Source: Octopus sinensis (taxonomy: Eukaryota). From it: a stretch of 64,000 nt of DNA. The stretch lies in the NCBI RefSeq assembly GCF_006345805.1, contig NC_043000.1, positions 120,838,001-120,902,000 of the forward strand, written 5' to 3'. This document shows positions 1-13,772 of the stretch, piece by piece; the first letter of the stretch is position 1, and each line of letters opens with the position of its first letter. The notes below the pieces were generated by a model that saw only the letters and a program-made list of their open reading frames with translations, did no database searches and had not been told where the DNA came from. A program made the translations under genes and the position numbers.

Positions 1-331
1 AAATGTAAAAGTTTTGCATTATGTAGCTTGTTATTCTATTTAAGTGAACATTTTTCTGGTTGAAATACACTGAAAAATGGCGACAAAGCCGTCAAAATAT
101 CGTAAAGAGTAGGGATTTTCATAGAAAATAAAGCACCTTTTTGATGTAAATAATTTTTGGTGTTAACATGGTTCGATTTGAATCTTTTCTCCTACGGAAG
201 GAAGAGCAAGCCTTCTTCTATCATACTCTCAATTTTGGTCAACTTGCGCCGCCGGGTCTCGGAGGAGATAGTGTTAGTTGAAGGCTACCAAACCTGCCAT
301 ACACAGACAACTTCAGCTTTATATATATAGA
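1..331 (-). mobile_element. Non-autonomous Helitron-like element, 5' part (runs off the window start)
   Basis: Minus strand begins A|TCTATATATATAAAGCTGAAGTTGTCTGTG. It is the reverse complement of 851-1185, which continues to a hairpin plus CTAG end. Confidence 0.7.
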
Positions 332-501
332 TTTATCTTTTGTCGAGGAATGTCATACATTCTGTTGAGATATGTCAAATTTATTGAGGCAACGTGACTT
401 GCAGAAAATACCAATTTTATTATTTGGTAAATGTTTAACATCATTACTGGAATAACCAGCAAATAACCTTTCGCAGTGAAAAGGGTAACCCATTAATAGC
501 T

Positions 502-845
502 AGTGGCTGTGTGGTAAGTAGCTTGCTTACCAACCACATGATTCCGGGTTCAGTCCCACTGCGTCGCACCTTGGGCAAGTGTTTTCTACTATAGCCTCGG
601 ACCGACCAAAGCCTTGTGAGTGGATTTGGTAGACGGGAATGTATATATGTTTGTGTGTCTATCTTTTACCCTCCAACATCGCTTGACAACCGATGCTGGT
701 GTGTTTACGTTCCCGTAACTTAGCGGTTCGGCAAAAGAGCCCGATAGAATAAGTACTAGGCTTCCAAAAAATAAGTCCTGGGGTCGATTTGCTCGACTAA
801 AGACGGTGCTCCAGCATGGCCGCACTCAAATGACTGAAACAAGTC
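502..845 (+). mobile_element. tRNA-derived SINE, family A
   Basis: A box-like TGGCTGTGTGG, B box-like GGTTCAGTCCC, CCTTGGGCAAGTG core and tail CAGCATGGCCGCA..AAATGACTGAAACAAGT. Many copies occur in the window. Confidence 0.9.
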
Positions 846-850
846 ATTTT

Positions 851-1244
851 ATATATATATATATAAAGCTGAAGTTGTCTGTGTATGGCAGGTTTGGTAG
901 CCTTCAACTAACACTATCTCTTCCGAGACTCGGCGGTGCAAGTTGACCAAAATTGAAAGTATGATAGAAGAAGGCTTTCTATTCATTCCGTAGGAGAAAA
1001 AGTTCAAATCGAACCATGTTAATACCAAAAAGTATTTACATCAAAAAGGTGCTTTTTTTCTATGAAAATCCCTATTCTTTACGATATTTTGACTGCTGGG
1101 TCACCATTTTTAGGTGTATTTCAACCAGAAAAATTTTCACTTAAAGAGAATAACAAGCTACATAATGCAAAAATTTTTACTTTTCAAAAATTCCAACCCT
1201 AAAGGGTCGAAACAAACCCGAGTAACGCTGGGCGATACTGCTAG
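851..1244 (+). mobile_element. Non-autonomous Helitron-like element
   Basis: 3' end CCCGAGTAACGCTGGG hairpin followed by CGATACTGCTAG|T. The 5' end merges into (TA)n. Same family as 1-331. Confidence 0.75.
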
Positions 1245-1778
1245 TTAATGCTACAATTATAATGATAGGGAATGAATGAGTAATAATTTACTAAGATCCC
1301 TCGAGATTCAAAGGTCAATATCTATAATATCAATATATATAACATAGGTTACGGCATCACATACAATAGTAGTAAAAGTTACAGTACAAATTCATACCAA
1401 TAAGAATCGTAGTTGAATCTCATTGCATGCCTCTATACATATTGATCAAGGGATGAAAAGTAAACTTCTTTTGACAGAGATATTTTTGCTTCAAAATATG
1501 AAGGCGCTGTTAAATACGAAATCTGATATTTAATACGTTCCGGAAGAAGTGTTTCTAAAAAGGAAAAGAAACAGAATATTCTAGGAAAAAATATGGCAAA
1601 TGGCTAATAAATAAAATACTCAATACTTTCTCTGCAAACCTGCTATCCAAGTCTATACTCTTTTTTTTTTGTTTTTTTTTAAAATATTTCCACTGCTTTT
1701 AAATAAACCATATTACTGTACCTCCTGTATTTGAGTACTCTTTTTTTCCATGTTGTTTCACATTTATGTGCTTACTCC

Positions 1779-1851
<73 letters not shown>

Positions 1852-2469
1852 GTATGTAGGTATATAGGTATGTATCTGTATCTCTCATTCAGACCTCAAT
1901 GGCCGAATACTAACCACACGTTTGAAACTCAGAGTACCAAGGAGTCTGAATGGTACTGAGGAAAACAGGAGTTCGGTAGGGTTTGGTACGCTGCTGGCTC
2001 AATTTGGTTTAGTCAAACTTTTCCCGAGTACCGTAAAAGATTTCAATAAAATGATGTGAGAATGATAAATCCATCGGCGTTAAAGTAATCTCGACTGAAA
2101 ATTCACAACAGACGACAAGTTAAGTGGAGATAGAATTCCCATGTGAAAAGAAATTCTCTGCCGAATACGACATGAAGGGCCTCAGACTGAAAAGGAAATT
2201 GTATGAAGACATCAATAACTGAACAGTATCACACTATGTTAGCAGACGTGGCACCGGAAAAGAAAGGGCACTAGTAACTGGCATCTGCGCTCTTTATTTC
2301 AACGAAGCATTACCGCAGTCACTAACTTTCGAGAGCTTTCTACGTCTCGGCGCGAAAGATACATTAACTAATAGCTGAATAAACATCAGAAATATGACAC
2401 ACAGACATTAATAACACTAATAACTTCGTTTCTTAAAAATGCCTCTGGTGAATCATCTTTTACTCTGTT

Positions 2470-2513
<44 letters not shown>

Positions 2514-3247
2514 AGTGTCTCTATGTCTCTTTCTCTAGCTCTCTCTCTCACTCTCGCCCCCCACACAAATGGCTATTATCTATTTGCTATAAGTTGCTTC
2601 TGAATAGACAAAATGTGCTTAGTAATACGAAGTACTACACTTTGTTATCTCTTCTCTCAGATGTTTAGCAATCTCCAAGCAGATGTGCCTAAAACTAATA
2701 AAACTGCAACAGTATAAAAATTAAATGAATCAGAATGAGGAGGATGTGTAAAGTGAAACGCATAAGAGAATATAAAAATTTCGAAATAATAGCTATAATT
2801 ATACTATTGTTATAAAGTCATCAACACCGACTATCCAAAATTATTATTGTAAACAATAACGACGAAAATGCCAATTAGACAGCTAAGCAAACAAGAAGAA
2901 TTCACCAAACCAATAATGGTTTCAATGCCATAGATATAGCAAACTCTGTAAATTAGCAAAATGTGATTCAGTATTGTGTATCGAACACCTCACATTCACT
3001 GTCTCAAACTATATTTATTGAAGGTAATAAAAATAAAGAGAAATTCAAAATCACTGATACACTTTGTGATTCTAAAATGCTGAATTGTTAAAAGCTTTGT
3101 GAATTATAGGCTGAGATGGTATATAGGCCATATATAAGTAATGAGATATCTATCATTTCTTCAAAATATTTACATGAAATTTGTAATGTTTCGTACATCA
3201 TTTGTGTGATATGGTAACATATTCTTGTTGGTATACATAGAGAAAAT

Positions 3248-3683
3248 GGATCTTTTCGGTTTGAACGGCGGTTTTTCTAGCGATGTCATACGAAATTGTC
3301 ACCCATAATTATGACTTTAGTATCGATCTATTGCATTTCAATCTGTTTTACGGTTAGAGTTAGGGTTAGTTAGGGTTAGGGGTTGGGGGAAGGATATCTT
3401 TTTTTCTTCAGAAGTGTAAATAAACCCAATCTGTTTCTTAAACGAGGGACATACCCATACGGCACAGAATGTTTTTTTTTATCTCAATAGACGTCAGTGA
3501 TTGGTTGAAATTGCAGAAATTGAAGAAAAAAACAACAAATATCTTACAAACTATAGAATGTTCTCAATAAAGCCAAGAGAAAAAGATGTTTTATAAACAC
3601 ATTCTACCAGTATACGAAGTTTAAAAGTGTTTAACTTTCGTGGAAATTATTTTAAAAGACTGCCGTTCAAACCGAAAAGATCC
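3248..3683. mobile_element. MITE with about 22-bp TIRs and an 8-bp TSD (Merlin/hAT-like)
   Basis: TIRs GGATCTTTTCGGTTTGAACGGC / GCCGTTCAAACCGAAAAGATCC, flanked by GAGAAAAT at 3240-3247 and 3684-3691. A second copy lies at 55230-55651. Confidence 0.9.
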
Positions 3684-3794
3684 GAGAAAATGCATTGAAT
3701 TTCATTCAAAATGTCTTCATCTGAACATTATTATCAATATACGAACAAAAGGCCCCCCTCCCCTACGTCCAATGGACGTTGCTAAATTGTCAAA

Positions 3795-4146
3795 CATTTA
3801 AACCAAATTTTCTGAAAACAACTTGTCGGACCGTCAAATTTTATGGCATTATTTGAAGCCAACCGGCTTTTTTTGGCGCAAACTGTACATGCATTTTTCT
3901 CACATATGCGTAGTATCAATCGCAACAGTTGATGTACTTGCGCGTACAAATGCACGTCCCCACGGCTTTATCGATCGTATTCTTACCTGGAATCGATTTT
4001 CGTAATTTTTACAAGACTTATACACGCCCTGATACGGTCGGTATCTACATATCAAATTTAAGCGAAATCGGATGGAGGATGCCCGATATCCACGAAGACA
4101 CACACACAGACAGAAAGACAGACAGAACGGATTTTATATAATAGAT
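3795..4146 (-). mobile_element. Helitron-like repeat, 5' portion
   Basis: Minus strand begins ATCTATTATATAAAATCCGTTCTGTCTGTC. Homologous to 61771-62090. No 3' CTAG end was seen. Confidence 0.55.
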
Positions 4147-4772
4147 TAGTCAGTGATGCTCTTGTCTTTAGCAGTCTCTCTATTTTCTGTCGAAATCTAG
4201 TTATGGCTAAGTAGAATGCTTCATTGAAATTTAAATTCTTTGAATGGACATCGCATTTACTAATGGCGAGATCATTAACTTTCCAGCACATCTCTCAGTC
4301 AACTCTCGAAAATGACGTAATTCCCTAACCACATAAATATGTCTACTCTGTTAATGCTCCCTACATCCATTGCTAACGTTACCTATTGTATTCTGTGCGA
4401 ATGACATCTCTAAGTAATCTATTCTCCCGACAATTATATGTCATACTAATGTTATATAGACAAACTCTTAAGTAAACCAAGACATACAAACACTCACATT
4501 CACGAAAGCAACAAAGCGCATACTAAACTATTCCGATTCAACAACAGAGTCTCCACGTGGTCACTCAATAAGCAAAATAGTTGCCAAATACCTCTTAAAT
4601 TATATATTACAGTCATGTAGATGGAAGGACATTTGGATAATGAAATCTTAGATAAACTATATATTCAAGAAAACCAGGCTGTTGTTCCTGCCGGAGCCCT
4701 CCTGGTTGTAAGTCTGCTAGATCAGAGTTTGTCTCAAATTAAACGAAATATTATTCTAACACTATTTACATA

Positions 4773-5030
4773 GTGGAGGTGCGTGGCTTAGTGGTTAGGG
4801 TGTCAGCATCATGATCGTAAGATTATGGTTTCGATTCCTGGACAGGGCCTCGCGTTGTTCTCTTAAGCAAAACACTTCATTTTTACGTTGCTCCAGTCCA
4901 CTCAGCAGGCACAAATTAGTAACGCTGCGATGCACTGGCGTCCCGTTCAGCTGGGGACCACATAAGTTATAGAAACCGGGCTCATGAGCCTGGCTAGGCT
5001 TTAAAAAAGGGCGCATTTATTTATTTTTTT
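4773..5030 (+). mobile_element. tRNA-derived SINE, family D, with 12-bp TSD
   Basis: Head GTGGAGGTGCGTGGCTTAGTGGTTAGG..GGTTTCGATTCC and T-rich tail. TSD ACTATTTACATA at 4761-4772 and 5031-5042. Confidence 0.9.
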
Positions 5031-5077
5031 ACTATTTACATAAACAAAAATTCAAGTGTTTAATATATGCATATAAG

Positions 5078-5488
5078 TTGCACGAGTGGCTGTGTGGTAA
5101 GTAGCTTGCTAACCAACCACATGGTTCCAGGTTCACTCCCACTGCGTGGTATCTTGGGCAAGTGTCTTCTGCTATAGCCCCGGGCCGACCAATGCCTTGT
5201 GAGTGGATTTGGTAGACGGAAACTGAAAGAAGCCTGTCGTATATATGTATATATATATATATATGTATGCGTATGTTTGTGTGTCTGTGTTTGTCCCCCA
5301 TAGCATTGCTTGACAATGTTTACGTCCCCATCACTTAGCGGTTCGGCAAAAGAGACCGATAGAATAAGTACTGGGCTTACAAAGAATAAGTCTCGGGGTC
5401 GATTTGCTCGACTAAACGCGGTGCTCCAGCATGGCCGCAGTTAAAATGACTGAAACAAGTAAAAGAGTAAAAGAGTAAAAAGAGTAAA
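5078..5488 (+). mobile_element. SINE family A, full length
   Basis: Same head and body as 502-845, internal (TA)n, (GAGTAAAA)n tail. Confidence 0.9.
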
Positions 5489-6460
5489 ATTACAGGTCAG
5501 GTATTTATATGGTTCTAGTCTGCAAAAACAACTGTGACTTTGACCTTTGTAGGAAGTCGGTATTGATCTTGAACGGCTGTATAACGACAGCTAAAAGAAA
5601 ATCATGTGTGTGTTTGCTTTGTAATCGGGGAGACGACAGTATGGACGTTGTAAGGAAAAAGGGGAGACACAGATTGATTCACGAAACGATGAGTGGTCGA
5701 TAATTTGAATGGATTTGGTTGAACACACGAGGGAAATATTTAAATCTATGGAGCAGAAACCGCTGCTTTAGTTTCGATATCTGATATATGCTGGAGTCTT
5801 TGATGAAGCTCGATGTCTTGGATTTGACGCAGTATAATGTTTTTTTTTGTGTGAGCTGCAGTAACATTCACCCCTCTATTCGAAAAGTATTCAATTTTGC
5901 ATTAGAATAAGTGCTGTTGCGTCAGCAATTGTTCAGAGTAGACATAATTTCTTCCTCTGAAGAGGTGGGAAGATTTTGAGGACATTTCTAGAAATTTTTC
6001 ATTGTTTTCGAGCACTCTATTCATGGAGGCGCTATGCGTTCGAAACGGCGAATGTAGGTTGTGTGTGGCTGATACAGGTCTAAGAACATTAAAATAAATT
6101 AATTGTGCTACCATCTATATAGTTGACTCACCTGTCGCAAGTTACAGATGAGGGTTCCGAAAGTTCTTGTTGAACCTGCACAGAGGAATTGTTTGTAGCG
6201 ACGAAATGTTTGTACAGAAAATTTGCTCGCTGTCCACATGTTGGATTTGAGATTCATAGATTGGCGATTACAAATGTTTGTATATTTAAAAAGGATTTCA
6301 CAAATTGTGCAGATAATGTGTGATATTTTCCAGTAAATCTGCCGTATTTGACACGTTAGAGAATATCATAGAGATCCCTTTGGCTAGACACAAGAAGTAA
6401 CAATACTAATTTGGCAACGCATATGTATATATATATATATACATATATATATTTATATAT

Positions 6461-6776
6461 ATCACGTCAAGTGATCACGTGACCAACCAGGCTATCAGAT
6501 GTTGCTACACATCGCTAGTCACAATGCGCTACGCATTGTTTTAGCCTTCAAATGACACCACTCCGCTGGCTAAGCAAGCGGGCCAACAGAAGAAAGGGTG
6601 AGAGAAAGTTGTGGTGAAAGAGTACTGTAGGGATCGCCACCACCCCCTGCCAGAGCTTCGTGGAGCTTTAGGTGCTTTCGCTCAATAAACACTCACAACG
6701 CCCGGTCTGGGAATCGAATCCGCGATCCTACGACCGCGAGACCGCTGCTGTAACCACTGCGCCATTGTGCCTCCAC
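6461..6776 (-). mobile_element. tRNA-derived SINE, family C head with tail type 1
   Basis: Minus-strand head GTGGAGGCACAATGGCGCAGTGGTTA..GGATTCGATTCCCAGACCGGGCG. The tail ends in a TCACGTGA-containing motif. Confidence 0.85.
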
Positions 6777-6816
6777 GTATACACATACACACACACACAC
6801 GCACATATATATATAT

Positions 6817-6933
6817 ATTGGCCTGCTGGTTTAGCCGGCGGGGTGGCGTCATTCGAAGGCTAAAACAATGTGAACGCATTGTGACCAGCGATGTGTAGCA
6901 ACATCGTATGGACTGGTCGGTCATGTGATCACG
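6817..6933 (+). repeat. Inverted copy of the type 1 SINE tail
   Basis: Reverse complement of about 6470-6587 (GAAGGCTAAAACAATG..GCGATGTGTAGCAACATC). Confidence 0.8.
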
Positions 6934-6984
6934 TTATATATATATATACCATTTTTTTGTATATATGTGTATATATATATATAT

Positions 6985-7050
<66 letters not shown>

Positions 7051-8236
7051 CTTGCTGTTGTCTTTTACTTTACAGATGGAAGTCTTGCGATGCTGTGTTG
7101 GTTAAAATCTGTCCAGTTAGTTACGGGAGATGGTTATTTTCAGGCACAGCAGAGGGTATTGCTGTTGTGTAGCAGCATCCGAACTTGAGTGATTTAAGAC
7201 AATGAGCTTTGATAGAGATTGATAACCTAATATTACGGAAGTCATTATTGCGTTATCTAATTTGACTCCAAATGTCACGTGAAAGGCGCATATGATGCTT
7301 TATCGTAGCTGCTAGAAATGTTTGGTTGGATGTGGATCCCTCCAAAAGTAAAGTAGTTTGAAACAGAATAATATAAATAAGTTAAAGTTTAAACTACTAA
7401 AATTGAGGGCGTCTTCAACTGCCATGATCAGTGCAAGTTATACAAAAGTTAAATCAAAGTAAAAACACAACGGGTGTAATTTATCACAGTTTCGATTCAT
7501 GCTCAAGAAGAAACCTGGATATATGTCGCATGATAATAGTAATCAAGTAGAGTTAAAGTAAAGAAAGTGGCTAGAAATATAAACAATATTTCCATTGATC
7601 ACCTAAACAAGGATTACGTAGGGTAAATTACCTGACAAAATTATATTCAATTCGCAAACGTAGGAGGCAGAGATTAATGCTATTGACTTCTAACACTGCC
7701 ACAAGTTCTTCTATGTGGCAGATGGTCATAGGCAATTAGATCGATATAATAATTATTATACCGACTCAGATAGAATGGATGATAACGTCAAGCTGGTTGG
7801 GAGTTGAGATTAAAACGTCAAGTTACGTTACTAAATATGGTAATACATTTTGTCTGTCATTCTCCCAACGAAACTCTTTAATAAATATTGCGAATATGGC
7901 GATACAGGAGATCAATCTACAAAGCAAATTGTGAACTCTCTCTAATTAAACAATTTTTGTGAATCTGTAAAGAGAGACACATTGTAACAACATAGAATCT
8001 TGACATGTTTCTACATCAAATTTAACACTGCAGGTAAGGAAGGAATAAGAATAGCTAATTTGATAGCAAGAAAGGCACTCCTTCAATTCCTTCAAGAAGT
8101 AATCAAAGAGGTACTTAACTTGATGACAAGAAGTAAAAGCCAGCGTCTGACTGATTTCTGAGCTCTGAAGAGAAATATTTATAAAGCTTTTTGTCATCCT
8201 TTGCAGATATATTTTCTACTATTTGCAGTAACATAT

Positions 8237-8636
8237 ACTCTTTTACTCTTTTACTTGTTTCAGTCATTGAATGTGGCCATGCTGGAGCACCGCCTTTAGA
8301 CGAGCAAATCGACCCCAGGACTTATTCTTTGTAAGACTAGTACCTATTCTATCGGTCTCTTTTGCGGAACCGCTAAGTTAACACATCAGCATTGGTTATC
8401 AAGCGATGTTGGAGGGACGAACACAGTCACACAAACATACAAACACACACACACACAAACATATACATAATTACGACGGGCTTCTTCCAGTTTCCGTCTA
8501 CTAAATCCACTCACAAGGCTTTAGTCGGCCCGAGGCTATGGTAGAAGCCACTTGGCCAAGGTGCTACGAAGTGGGACTGAACCCGGAACCATGTGGTTGG
8601 TAAGCAAGCTACTTACTTCACACCCACTCCTGCGTC
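8237..8636 (-). mobile_element. SINE family A
   Basis: Reverse complement of family A, including the (TTTTACTC)n tail. Confidence 0.9.
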
Positions 8637-8854
8637 AACATCTTGTAGTAAATACAAAAGCTCAACAAATCTATACCACATATAGTGTAGATGTTTTGTA
8701 ATTGTGAAAAAATAATAAATTATATCATCTTCGTGAACAGCCAATCGGTATGTATGTGTGTGTATGTGTGTATGTGTGTGTTTGAGCGTGTGTGTGTGTG
8801 TGTGTGTGTCCGTGTGCGCGTGTGTGTGTGTGTGTACGTGGGTGTAGTTGAAAT

Positions 8855-9025
8855 TGATAGTAAAAAAAGACGAAGACAGTTGTAGGAACAACAAGCAAGT
8901 GTATTAGATTGATGCTTGAGAAAAATGGAAAAATCTTTAACGTTTCGAGTCTCCGCTCTCCGACAGAAATGAATAAGAGAAAATAAATAGAGAGAGAATG
9001 AAAACGTGTATAGTTCAGCGGTCCC
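8855..9025 (-). mobile_element. Short repeat family E with hammerhead-like motif
   Basis: AAAGACGAAGACAG..TGTATTAG..CGTTTCGAG..GCTC..ACAGAAA is shared with 53095-53278 and 54598-54775. Confidence 0.65.
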
Positions 9026-9199
9026 ACATTTATATTTATATAAGTTTTAAAATAAAAAAGCAAAGAAATCTTGTTTGTGTAGATAACGATTATTTAATCC
9101 ATTACAATATGTAGAGAGTCGACCAGTTTCGCTTTGCTAATCATGACTCAGTGTTATGAAATCATTAGTTTTAGATTCAGTCTTTAGTAGAAGCAGGTA

Positions 9200-9870
<671 letters not shown>

Positions 9871-10654
9871 AAGAAACATTTAATAGATCAAAATACAGTT
9901 TTTAACTGTTTTATTTTTATATACACCATCATACACAAAATTTACTAAAACAAACCAAAGAATGGTAATTTTGAAAAACCTATATCCATGGGTGAAATCA
10001 TTTTAGCGAATTTAACATTCTTATAATTGAGATGCTTGTGCATTGGTCGGCCTGAAATAGCGGTAGATGACACTTACTCAGGATTCTTTACAGTGGCTCT
10101 GACCCCAAAACAACGCGATTGTAAAGCGAACTTCGTAACCACATAATCATATTTGCACCTCCGAGTGCAGGCATGCATTTATGTATGCAAGTATAGCTTA
10201 TTATATAAGTATGTGTACACGTATGCAAGTATGCATAATTGCATAAGTGTGTGTATGTGGTCATGTCTGTGTACGCGTGTGTGTGTATTCGTTTTTCTTT
10301 TTTTTTTTGCTGAATGCTATGTATTATGGTATAAAAGCTTATTTATGAGCTAGCAAGAAGTGGAAATCAAATCGCTTTTATGATTCATGTCTTCTGTCTA
10401 ATGGTATCTATTTGCCCTTTATCGTTGTGCTATTCATAGAAATATCGAAAGCGTTATTATATTCAAGGTATACTCCATAATAGCAAATCAACGGTCAATT
10501 TAGTTCGGTAAGCAGATATTTCTTTGTACGATGTGACTATTCAAGCATGATGCAATCATAACTATTTGTTCCATTTCAAACATACACACACAAAGACACA
10601 CATATACATATATATATATATATCCTTCTCTCTCATCTCTCTTCCCTTCCATCG

Positions 10655-10706
<52 letters not shown>

Positions 10707-11081
10707 GGTAAACATATTTATGCCATTATCATTTTTTCAACTTTCATTTATCCATACACGCACATTGACCATTATATACATTTCGCTAATGTTCTCATGG
10801 TTTCTTTCTTTCTTTCTATGAGAACGTTACTACGTTACTTTTATTTCATTATATAATAAATACAAAAATCTTTTGCCCTTTTTCCATGGCTTTCGAGTGC
10901 TTGCTGTTCACTTTTGAAGGGAAATTTTAACCTCTTCAATTATTTTTGCATCCAGAGTATCGTAATAATTTCTATACAGTAGATATTGTACGGATCATTA
11001 AACAATGAAATTCTGGTTATAATTTACATAAATATTTAAAACCTAACTGATATTAACTTTGTCTATGTTATTAAAAACACA

Positions 11082-11487
11082 AAACGCAAATGCGTATTGC
11101 GTTTCGCTATGCAAAAAGTATGTCGACAGAATAGTCCAATCGCTGTATATTTACTTCGCCTCGCGTTTACCTATAAATTTGCATTTTATTCTTTCATAAA
11201 CCAATATTGGGACTGGTTCAATCCCAAATATGTCAAATAATGACTTAAAATAATTCACTCTCTATGTACAAGGATAAAAATACGAAACACAAATGCGTAT
11301 TGCGTTTCGCTGTAAAAAAAAAATATGTCGACAGAATAGTTCAAAGGCTGTATATTTACTTCGCCTCTCGTTTACCTATAATTTTGCATTTTATTCTTTC
11401 AGAAACCAATATTAGGACTGGTTCAATCAAATATGTCAAATAATGACTTGAAAATATGGTATAGTTAGCTCTCAATGTACAAGGATA
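11082..11487. repeat. Tandem duplication of an about 200-bp unit
   Basis: CAAATGCGTATTGCGTTTCGCT...ATGTACAAGGATA occurs at about 11082-11276 and 11285-11487. Confidence 0.9.
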
Positions 11488-12098
11488 GGATGTATATGTA
11501 TATATGTATACGTATGCGTTCGCCTCTATGTAAGCGTATGCTTCTGTCTGTACGTATGCATGTATGCAATTGGAGACGACAGCAATTAAGCCATTAAATA
11601 TAGGATCTAAAAAAAATAATTCGAACCCAATAACCTGATATTTAACGCGTGTTTTTTCTCCTTCACATGAAAATAGGACATAGTGACGTAAATGAGTTCA
11701 TAAATAAATACATTTAATCGATAAACAAACAGGTGAGTGAATAAAACAACATCAGAAAATAGGGGAACTAACAGTGAAATAACAAAACGACTTTCATTTA
11801 GGTATAATTAGTATATTACTGTTGAAAGTGGAAGCTCCCTCATCCCCGCTCGCCCACCCCGCAAACACTATCATACTACCAACACCGAACATACCGAGTT
11901 ATAAAAGAAGACAAAATTTATAAATAATACTGACACTTTTGACATAGATATTTAACGCCGTGAAGAAATCTAATGCAAGTGGAAAAAAGATGAAGAGATG
12001 AACTAGAAAAGGAGAAGAAGAAACACTGGAGCTTGTAACAATCAATATGGCATGGGACTAGAGAATTTAAAGCAGAAAACAAACCAAAAAGTTATGCC

Positions 12099-12114
12099 AA
12101 AAGCACTGTATGCT

Positions 12115-12149
<35 letters not shown>

Positions 12150-12324
12150 GTAGTAGTAGTAGTAGTAGTAATGATAATAATGATAATAATATCCATCCAT
12201 CTATCTATCCATCCATCTATCTATCCCTCTATCTATCTATCCATTCATCTATATATCCATCTATCTATCTATCTATCTATCCATTCATCTATCCATTATA
12301 ATAATAATAGTAATAATAATAATG

Positions 12325-12366
<42 letters not shown>

Positions 12367-12632
12367 TAATAATGATAATAATAATAATAATGATAAGAAG
12401 GAGGAGAAGAAGAAAATGATACAATGATAAAGATATTAAAATGATGATGATGATGATGAATGATGATGATGATGATGGTATTGATGAAGTTAAAAATGAT
12501 TTATTTTATCATTAATAAAGCTTTCTTTTTATGGAGACATTGGACTGAATAAAAAGCACTATATGCTTAGTAGTAGTAGTAGTAGTAAAAGTAGTAGTAG
12601 TAGTAAAAGTAGTAGTAGTAGTATCAATAATG

Positions 12633-12669
<37 letters not shown>

Positions 12670-12831
12670 GGAGAAGGAGAAGAAGAAAATGATACAATGA
12701 TAAAGATATTAAATGATGATGATGATGATAAATGATGATGATGATGATGATGATGGTATTGATGAAGTTAAAAATGATTTATTTTATCATTAATAAAAGC
12801 TTTCTTTTTATGGAGCCATTGGATTGAATAA
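12099..12831. repeat. Tandem duplication of a compound microsatellite block
   Basis: AAAAGCACT(G/A)TATGCTTAGTAG...ATGGAG(A/C)CATTGGA(C/T)TGAATAAA occurs twice, at 12099-12551 and 12552-12831. Confidence 0.9.
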
Positions 12832-13210
12832 ACATCTGTAGTTAAGCAAATGGTTATGTTGTGGAAGATGATACTAGCAAATGACAAAGAAAATTTAAGA
12901 GAGGTGCCGGATGAGAAGGCTGCAGAAGGTGGAGGCAGCTGACAGCAACGAAAGCAATTACAGCATGAAAAATATAAGAATTGTCATTAGCGCTAATGAC
13001 ATTTCTTTTAATTACGAGCGTAATTCCAATTCATTAAACATTCATTTTGACTTAGTAAATTAAGAATAATTTAACTACGTATTTTTCTGTAGACGACATA
13101 CCTGAAAAAGATTCGAATATTATGTTTTAAATGTTGCTAACAAATCAATTATTTTCAAGAAAAATTATTATGTCGCTTCAGTGGTCTGATAAATAGATAT
13201 GGGGATCTAA

Positions 13211-13249
13211 ATTACTGAAGAGGTTTAGTAACACCGAAACGTGTCAATA
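13211..13249 (+). ncRNA. Degenerate minimal type I hammerhead ribozyme-like motif
   Basis: CTGAAGA-GGT..ACC-GAAAC-GT-GTC. Stem I pairs poorly. Confidence 0.4.
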
Positions 13250-13454
13250 TCACCTAATATACTAAGACTGTATACATGCATTTAAAATATAAGAAACTTT
13301 AACTCGGGGTTTTACTCTCTTAATACTTTTGGTGAGAATGTTCAGTAATATTAGGATGAGTTTTACTTCAATTGATTAAATATAATTGTTGGCTCTAAAC
13401 ATTATTTAACCCACATTATCTGCATGTTATTTAAATGTCTCTTGATGCAATTAA

Positions 13455-13772
13455 TTTTTTTTTTATTTATGCGCCCTTTTCAAGCCTAGCCAGTCTCATC
13501 GGCCCGGTTTCCCGGTTTCTGTGGTGCATGTGTTCCCCCAGCTAGACGAGACGCCAGTCCATCGCAGCATTACTCAAGAAACAGGAAGAAAGAGTGAGAG
13601 AAAGTTGGGGCGAAAGAGTACAACAGGGGTAGCCACCCTCCCCCCTGCCGGAGCCCCGTGGAGCTTTTAGGTGTTTTCGCTCAATAAACACACACAACGC
13701 CCGGTCTGGGAATCGAAACCGCGATCCTCCAGCAATTCTGCTGCCCTAACCACTGTGTCATTGTGCCTCCAC
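13455..13772 (-). mobile_element. Chimeric SINE (C head + D tail) with 11-bp TSD
   Basis: C-type head joined to the D-type tail GATGGACTGGCGTC..GAAACCGGG..GGCTAGGCTT. TSD GATGCAATTAA at 13444-13454 and 13773-13783. Confidence 0.85.

Noticed and set aside
5490-6420. Moderately complex region possibly from an old retroelement, with CAGATGA-GG..CC-GAAA at about 6145-6163
   Set aside because: No recognisable protein motif in the frames I read. The hammerhead-like string has a core mismatch and no stem I.
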